Below are positions 58,105 through 64,000 of a DNA stretch of 64,000 nucleotides, piece by piece; position 1 is the first letter of the stretch, and each line of letters starts with the position of its first letter. The stretch covers positions 1 through 64,000 of the forward strand of contig JBEKBM010000004.1 of assembly GCA_050015395.1 (NCBI GenBank), written 5' to 3'. Both the position numbers and the translations under genes were made by a program. The stretch comes from Candidatus Bathyarchaeia archaeon. Its GTDB lineage: Archaea > Thermoproteota > Bathyarchaeia > Bathyarchaeales > Bathycorpusculaceae. The notes below the pieces were generated by a model that saw only the letters and a list, made by a program, of their open reading frames with translations, had not been told where the DNA came from and did not search any database.

Positions 58105-58413
58105 TTGTTTTCACCAGTTATCCTCTGTTTATGTCTTCTTTCCTTTTAAATAATTGCTTTTTCAAGTTGAAACTGTTCTATCTTAAAAATGGGTCGCAGT
58201 CCTTAAGTAAATTGAAGTAGGAGCGGGTTGGTCTGGGGGATTCGAGGTTGGAGCAAAATTGTGGTTAATTATGAAAATTTTATCAATTACTTAAATTTAA
58301 GCAATTAAACAATTTTCACATAAGTATTTCATTAAACGTTAAATATATTTATGCTTAAACACCTATTAAATAAACAGTTAATCAAACGCTAAATAACAGG
58401 TGAAAAGAATAAA

Positions 58414-59778
58414 ATGAGAAACTTCAAAGACGCAACATGGAAGGAAAACGTAACAAAAGTAATTCAAGAAATACGTGAACAAGAAATTAAATTCATCAGA
58501 CTTCAATTCACAGACATAAATGGTATGTTAAAGAATTTAGCTGTAAGCTCAAAAAACATTGAGTCAATATTTGAAAACGGCCAATCTTTCGATGGGTCCT
58601 CCATAACGGGCTACAGGCCTATCGAAGAATCAGACATGGTGCTGTTCCCCGACCCGACAACCTTCGCGGTTCTGCCTTGGCGACCCAAAGAAAAATCTTC
58701 TGCGAGGCTGCTCTGCGACATTTACACTCCGCAAAACAAGCGTTTTGAAGGGGACCCACGGTACGTTCTTGAGCGAGCCATTGAAAAAGCGTCCAAAGCA
58801 GGCTACACGTTCATTTGTGCTCCAGAATTAGAATTTTTTATAGTTAAAGAAAGCGAAACTGGCGGCTTGCCAACGCCCATAGACATGGCAGGCTACTTCG
58901 ATTTTCATCCTGGCGACTTAACAGACGACCTTAGACGGGAGATAGCTGATACTGCTGAAGCCTTCGGTATAGAAATAGAAATTTCGCATCATGAAGTTGC
59001 ATTGGGACAAAACGAAATCGATTTCAAATATGATGAGGCATTAAAAACAGCTGATAGAACCATTACTATGAAAATGTGCGGAAAAGTAGTCGGTGCAAGA
59101 AACGGTTACGTCACCACGTACATGCCTAAACCGTTCCCTGGCATAAATGGTTCAGGAATGCATACTCATCAAAGCCTCTGGAGCAAGAATGTGACACAAA
59201 ACCTCTTTTACGCAGATGACGAAAAAAACGGTTACTTATCAGACTTAGCAAGAAACTTCATCGGCGGACAATTAGCTCACGGACGCAAAATGTGCGCAAT
59301 TCTTGATTCATGGCCAAACAGTTTCAAACGATTAGTCCCCGGCTACGAAGCACCAGTATATCTTGCTTGGGCACACAAAAACCGCTCACCGCTTATCCGT
59401 GTACCAAACTTTGGCGGAAGGAAAAACGCTGCCAGATGCGAAATCCGCTGCCCAGACGGAGCAGGAAACCCATATCTGCAATTTGCAGTGCTCCTCGCGA
59501 CTGGTTTGGATGGTATCAAGAACAGGATTGACCCTGGCGAACCAGTGGAATTAAACGTTTACCAAATGACCTATGAAGAGCGCAAAGACCGAAACATCGT
59601 CTCACTGCCAGAATCATTACAAGAAGCACTTGATGAGCTGGAAACCAGCGATTTGATGCGTGAAACACTGGGCGAAACCGCATTCGAAAATTTCCTGCGT
59701 GAAAAACGCAAAGAATGGGACCTCTACCGCACGCAAGTAACCGAGTGGGAAGTCAACCGCTACATCAAACGACTCTAA
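58414..59778 (+). CDS. glnA: glutamine synthetase type I (second copy)
   Basis: LQFTDING, FDGSS, EESDM, GDPR, HHEV, MPKP..G.NGSGMH, RLVPGYEAP, NRS, EIR.PD..GNPY. Confidence 0.93.
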   Translation: MRNFKDATWKENVTKVIQEIREQEIKFIRLQFTDINGMLKNLAVSSKNIESIFENGQSFDGSSITGYRPIEESDMVLFPDPTTFAVLPWRPKEKSSARLLCDIYTPQNKRFEGDPRYVLERAIEKASKAGYTFICAPELEFFIVKESETGGLPTPIDMAGYFDFHPGDLTDDLRREIADTAEAFGIEIEISHHEVALGQNEIDFKYDEALKTADRTITMKMCGKVVGARNGYVTTYMPKPFPGINGSGMHTHQSLWSKNVTQNLFYADDEKNGYLSDLARNFIGGQLAHGRKMCAILDSWPNSFKRLVPGYEAPVYLAWAHKNRSPLIRVPNFGGRKNAARCEIRCPDGAGNPYLQFAVLLATGLDGIKNRIDPGEPVELNVYQMTYEERKDRNIVSLPESLQEALDELETSDLMRETLGETAFENFLREKRKEWDLYRTQVTEWEVNRYIKRL

Positions 59779-59840
59779 GCCTAAGGGCTTTCTTTCCTTT
59801 CTTTATTTTTGGCTTCTGTATGTGTTTTAGCTGTCGGCTT

Positions 59841-59982
59841 TTTGTGTTAGGATATTTGTGTGTGCTCAATAGACCCTCCCGGTCTACTAGATGCTTCTAA
59901 TATGCTTCAAATATGATTCAACATAGTTCAACATAGACTCAATGCCCGCACTTTTCATGTAGATTAATGCTTTTTCAACATA
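59841..59982 (+). repeat. dispersed non-coding repeat, copy C
   Basis: aligns to 2078-2194 and to the reverse complement of 23936-24078. Confidence 0.8.
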
Positions 59983-60023
59983 CTGAGAATAGCAGAATCA
60001 CTAACCAGCATGAAACTAAGTGC

Positions 60024-61298
60024 CTAACTTTTAATTTTTTCAACCAGCTCTTTAATGGGAACGATTGTTTGTTCCCGTTTAGCTAAATTCCTCAGCACCA
60101 CAGCGCCCTCTTTTAGCTCGCGTTCGCCGACAATTACTGCAAAATCAGCTTGCCGCCTGTCAGCATCCTCCAAAGCTTTAGCCATCTTGCGGCCCATAAT
60201 TTCAAACTCAACAATAACGCCTGAGCTTCTGAGCATTTGAGCAATTTTTAACGCCTCAACCTTCAAGGCGTCATTCGCTGCAAGAACAAGAACCCTTTTC
60301 TCAACCTTACCTGCAAGGGTTGCTTTCTGGGTTTGCAATGCAAGCGCAACCCTGTCAATCCCGTGCGCACAACCAACCGCTGGCGTGGGTTCGCCGCCGA
60401 ACAATTCGATAAGCCTATCGTACCTGCCCCCGCCACCCAAGGCAATGTCCAGTTGCGGAATGTACACTTCAAAAACCATGCCCGTGTAATACTCTAAGCC
60501 CCTGGCGAATGCGGGCTCAACAACCTGCACAGGGCACCCGCTCTCCACCACAAGCTTAAGCACGTCACCGAGGTTTTCCACGGCAGCCTTAGCCTTCTCG
60601 TAACCAGCCACGTAACTTTTTATTTTCTCAACCGTCTCAAAACAGTCATCGCTTTTCAGCTGCAGTAATCCTTCAAGCATACCGCGGCATCGGTCTGTTG
60701 GCGCCAGCTTGAAAGCTTCCTCGTACTCTTTCTTATCCATGCGTTGCAAAATCGCGTTCTGGGTTTTTTCGTCCACGCCTTCTTGGCTAAGAATGCCGCG
60801 TATTACGCCTATTTGTCCTATTTTGAATGCGTAGCCCTGCAAACCCAAAGTTTTCATTAAACTGTTTGTTAGCAATATGATTTCTGCGTCTGCCTCTGGC
60901 CTGCCTGAGCCCATTAATTCAAAGTTTGACTGCCAAAACTCCCTATACCGCCCACGCTGCGGCTCGTCATAGCGGTAAACGTTGCCCACAGAAAACAGCC
61001 TCAACGGTTTAGGCTCGTTTTTTAGGGCTGTAGTTGCTAAGCGTGCAATTGAAGCGGTAAATTCAGGACGCAGTGCCACTTGTCGGTCGCCGAGGTCTTT
61101 GAAAATGAACATACGCTGCCGAATCTCTTCTCCAGATTTGGCGCTTAAAAGCTCAAGCGGCTCAACAACTGGCGTTATGGCTTCTTTGTAACCGTAAAGC
61201 GCCGCGGTCTCACGGGCTTTGCTGATTATGTATGTGAAGGCTTGGGCTTCTTCACCAAGTAAATCTCTCATTCCGCGAACGGTTTGGAAAGCTGGCAT
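60024..61298 (-). CDS. hisS: histidine--tRNA ligase
   Basis: RGMRD, LRPEFT, YRYDEPQRGRYREFWQ, RGLEYYTG, GGGRYD. Confidence 0.96.
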   Translation of the reverse strand: MPAFQTVRGMRDLLGEEAQAFTYIISKARETAALYGYKEAITPVVEPLELLSAKSGEEIRQRMFIFKDLGDRQVALRPEFTASIARLATTALKNEPKPLRLFSVGNVYRYDEPQRGRYREFWQSNFELMGSGRPEADAEIILLTNSLMKTLGLQGYAFKIGQIGVIRGILSQEGVDEKTQNAILQRMDKKEYEEAFKLAPTDRCRGMLEGLLQLKSDDCFETVEKIKSYVAGYEKAKAAVENLGDVLKLVVESGCPVQVVEPAFARGLEYYTGMVFEVYIPQLDIALGGGGRYDRLIELFGGEPTPAVGCAHGIDRVALALQTQKATLAGKVEKRVLVLAANDALKVEALKIAQMLRSSGVIVEFEIMGRKMAKALEDADRRQADFAVIVGERELKEGAVVLRNLAKREQTIVPIKELVEKIKS

Positions 61299-61498
61299 AA
61301 TTTTTTCTCTTCCTTGCTTAAGAAGGCGTAATTATTCTTTTAAACTCTAGCTAACAGGTAAGCCAATGTTTGCACTTAAAACCTAAAAGGGATAATTGAT
61401 ATCTAACTTTTCCTATTTTCCGCTTCTCAAGTGGTCCTTCTATTTTCAGGGAAAAGGTTGAAAGCGAGAAGCTAAGATGTTACTTTGTCGGACGCCTG

Positions 61499-62077
61499 AT
61501 GATTGACACGTTCTATTTGCATTTAGAATTCACAAACAAAAAATCTGCATGGTCAATTAACCTGCCTTTTTTGTGCAACAAATGTGGTGTCTGTTGCACA
61601 CTGGAAGATTTCTTGACTACTGGAGAAATCAACGCCAAACCTGAAGAGCACCGTGAAGTCCACGCCAAAATCAAAGCCCTCTTCGAAGAGCTCGGCAAAA
61701 TGTGGGAAGCAGACGAAGCAAAATACGACGTCTACATTGCGCATACCCCCTGCCCATTCCTGATTAACAATGCCTGCTCCATCTACGAAATTCGATCTGA
61801 CGGCTGTCGACTTTTTCCTAAAACAGCCTTCGGCATGGAAACAGAAGATTGTGAACCCCTCACCCGATTCAAAAAACAGCGTGTAGCCCTGAAAAAGGGC
61901 AGGGCTCATAAAGAAACTTATCACTTTACCAGCTCAACCAAAAGTGATGAACCCATCAAACCTGCAAAGTTCACCGAAAAAAAATACGAAGTCTGCATCG
62001 CCAAACTACGCCAAGCAGGCATAACAGACGACGAGCTAACCCTCTTCAAATACTTCAACGAAAAAAACACAGAATAA
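61499..62077 (+). CDS. YkgJ-like cysteine cluster protein
   Basis: F.C.KCG.CC ... CPFL....CSIYE.R...CRLFP. Confidence 0.8.
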   Translation: MIDTFYLHLEFTNKKSAWSINLPFLCNKCGVCCTLEDFLTTGEINAKPEEHREVHAKIKALFEELGKMWEADEAKYDVYIAHTPCPFLINNACSIYEIRSDGCRLFPKTAFGMETEDCEPLTRFKKQRVALKKGRAHKETYHFTSSTKSDEPIKPAKFTEKKYEVCIAKLRQAGITDDELTLFKYFNEKNTE

Positions 62078-62231
62078 CCTGTTGTTTCTAATTCAAGCAG
62101 CATCACTCCAACCTAACGGTGCCAGCATAAGGCAAGACAAACAAACCCACGAACCTTTGAAGCAGGCTACACTAAAAACCCAAATATGCTTTTGGCAAGT
62201 TTTTAAAAGCAAGTTTGCCTCAATCAATGGT

Positions 62232-62498
62232 ATGGGAAACGTGAAGGAAATTGACGTCAAAATAGACTCAGAAGGCAGAATGTGCCTTCCGCCAGCCATA
62301 AGAAGACAACTTGGGAAGCATCCCACCCTAAAGAAAACCGAAGAAGGCTACCTACTAATCTCCAGCAAGCAAAACGACTTTTTAGAGGAATTTCGGAAGT
62401 TAATCACTTCTAAGCATCGCAGAACAGGCAAGCCCACACTTGCATCTCCCGAAGAAATGAAATCCATCTGGGACCCAACCAAAAGACAATCAGGTTGA
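62232..62498 (+). CDS. AbrB/MazE family protein (no adjacent toxin)
   Basis: KIDSEGRMCLPPAIRRQL; start moved to MGNVKE. Confidence 0.75.
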   Translation: MGNVKEIDVKIDSEGRMCLPPAIRRQLGKHPTLKKTEEGYLLISSKQNDFLEEFRKLITSKHRRTGKPTLASPEEMKSIWDPTKRQSG

Positions 62499-62523
62499 AA
62501 AACACAAAAAAGTGGTAAACGTT

Positions 62524-63357
62524 TTAGAGTTTTTTAGTCGCCTCGTAGATTCCAAATCCCAGAGCAACCACAATGGCAAGAAACGCTAAGAAATTCGTAG
62601 TGCTACTAAGCGATTCCCAAAAGTTAGCATGAGCGGCAAAGGATTGAACTAACAAAACACCTAAGATTACAAAGAAACTGAAAAGATTCGACAACACGAA
62701 CCTAACGGGTCTTCGAGATAAAACTAAACCTACTTTCTTAGATTGCCCGTTCATCTGGATTTTGTCGAAACGCTCTAAGACGTTGTTCTTTTCACTGATT
62801 GCTTCTAATTTTAGAGGTCTCTGAATTTCTCCAAACATATCAGCTAACCCATTTACAACCGCGAGCATTTGAAAAGTCTCTTTAGGATTCTCTATTCTGG
62901 GCAATATTCGTTCTTTCAAATTCATTCTGAGCTTACTTATAGGGTTAGTAAGTTCTGCTTTAACTAAACCCGAATTGACATCTTTTAGCTGTTTTTCAAA
63001 GCGAGCTAAATTAATAAGAACATATTCCAATTTTTTTGAGGCTTTTTCTAAACAGAGTTTAGACTTGCTGTCTTCGCTTGAACATAAGTCAAGTTGTTGT
63101 GAAGCTTGGTAAAGGTTTGAAAAAATATAAGTTTCAAGAGTTTCACTTCCCCACGGTTGCTTCATTTCATAAAGGAACGCAATGAGCATTCCAACAAGTA
63201 AAATAATTGCCCAATAAAAGTAAAATTGCATGCCAATAAATACGAGAACGGATTGAACAACAAATCCGATAATGACAAATAATGTGAGGAAATAGAGAAA
63301 TTTCATTCTTTGTTTCTTTCTTTCTTCATAACGCTTGTATGCCTTTTCCATGTTCAT
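62524..63357 (-). CDS. hypothetical membrane protein (2 TM + soluble helical region + 2 TM)
   Basis: 277-aa AT-rich ORF with terminal TM pairs. Confidence 0.65.
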   Translation of the reverse strand: MNMEKAYKRYEERKKQRMKFLYFLTLFVIIGFVVQSVLVFIGMQFYFYWAIILLVGMLIAFLYEMKQPWGSETLETYIFSNLYQASQQLDLCSSEDSKSKLCLEKASKKLEYVLINLARFEKQLKDVNSGLVKAELTNPISKLRMNLKERILPRIENPKETFQMLAVVNGLADMFGEIQRPLKLEAISEKNNVLERFDKIQMNGQSKKVGLVLSRRPVRFVLSNLFSFFVILGVLLVQSFAAHANFWESLSSTTNFLAFLAIVVALGFGIYEATKKL

Positions 63358-63378
63358 GCTATTCTACGCTAATTAGTT

Positions 63379-63987
63379 TTAAGTTTTTGCATCGCTTGCT
63401 TTACCATCGATTTTTTTGCAACGTAGAACACGCCCTTGATACGCTTCTCTCCGACATTTTATTAATAATACAATGCCTTTTTTCTCATAATGAATAGCGT
63501 CATGAAGAGCTTTTTGTAAATCAACAATTGAACCCAACCATTTAGTATTGAATCCTGAGATAGGTCTCTTTTCTAGATGGTTTACTTCAATCGCTACAAT
63601 GTCAGCCTTTTGGTCGAAACCTCTTTTGATATGCGCTGAAATGTCTTCAATAATCGAATTCTCTTCAGGGAGAATTAACATGCCGTTATTCATGTCAGCT
63701 TGCTTTCTAGGATTAACAAATTTAAGTTTAGGTTTTTTCACTTCGACCCTTTTGTTTTCTATAAGTAAATCAGGGGATTTTGAAATTATCACTTTGAATC
63801 CTTTGTTTTTCGCAAATAAGGCAAGTCTACTTTCGGCAGATAAGTTGGCAAGCTCCTGTCTTATTTTTCTGATTCGTAAAAAAGCTGTCTTTGTTACTCT
63901 ACTACTAGTGTGAAATTTCTCATTTTTAATTAATTTTTGATAAGCTTCCATGTTTCCCTTTATTTTTTCATCCTTAATTTCTAACAA
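63379..63987 (-). CDS. hypothetical PD-(D/E)XK-like protein
   Basis: ELANLSAE...SPDLLI....VEVK motif; start close to the window edge. Confidence 0.55.
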   Translation of the reverse strand: MLEIKDEKIKGNMEAYQKLIKNEKFHTSSRVTKTAFLRIRKIRQELANLSAESRLALFAKNKGFKVIISKSPDLLIENKRVEVKKPKLKFVNPRKQADMNNGMLILPEENSIIEDISAHIKRGFDQKADIVAIEVNHLEKRPISGFNTKWLGSIVDLQKALHDAIHYEKKGIVLLIKCRREAYQGRVLRCKKIDGKASDAKT

Positions 63988-64000
63988 TTTAGATTTTACA

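Noticed and set aside
55923-58413. NrpR operators upstream of the glnA genes
   Set aside because: No GGAA-N6-TTCC seen by eye in either upstream region.
301-63913. Numerous 60-170-aa ORFs antisense to or nested within confident genes
   Set aside because: Shadow frames with no independent motifs.

Overview
Archaeal chromosomal window, most likely Bathyarchaeia (inferred from the eukaryote-type GlyRS, EndA, Nre with PIP box, AfpA, SmsCB-type SufC/SufBD, a paralog-type EF-2 and PEF-CTERM-like surface proteins). Housekeeping genes (malic enzyme, glyS, endA, pyrG, EF-2, two glnA, hisS, NOP2/NIP7) alternate with small accessory patches. Main unannotated structure: (1) a 1,693-bp transposase-less element (6300-7992) with perfect 27-bp TIRs and a 9-bp TSD, carrying a degenerate PLD-like protein, a PD-(D/E)XK protein and two micro-ORFs; (2) a ~120-145-bp non-coding repeat in three dispersed copies; (3) two tRNA genes with non-canonical BHB introns (Ala 53/54; Asp 48/49, which also has C55); (4) three tRNA-3'-end relics bounding accessory cassettes; (5) an IS5-like element splitting a gene that rejoins in frame; (6) decayed 5' ends of homologous genes upstream of intact ones; (7) four VapBC-type pairs plus orphan AbrB genes. 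No CRISPR array or rRNA was seen. All calls come from reading motifs by eye; no database searches were run.
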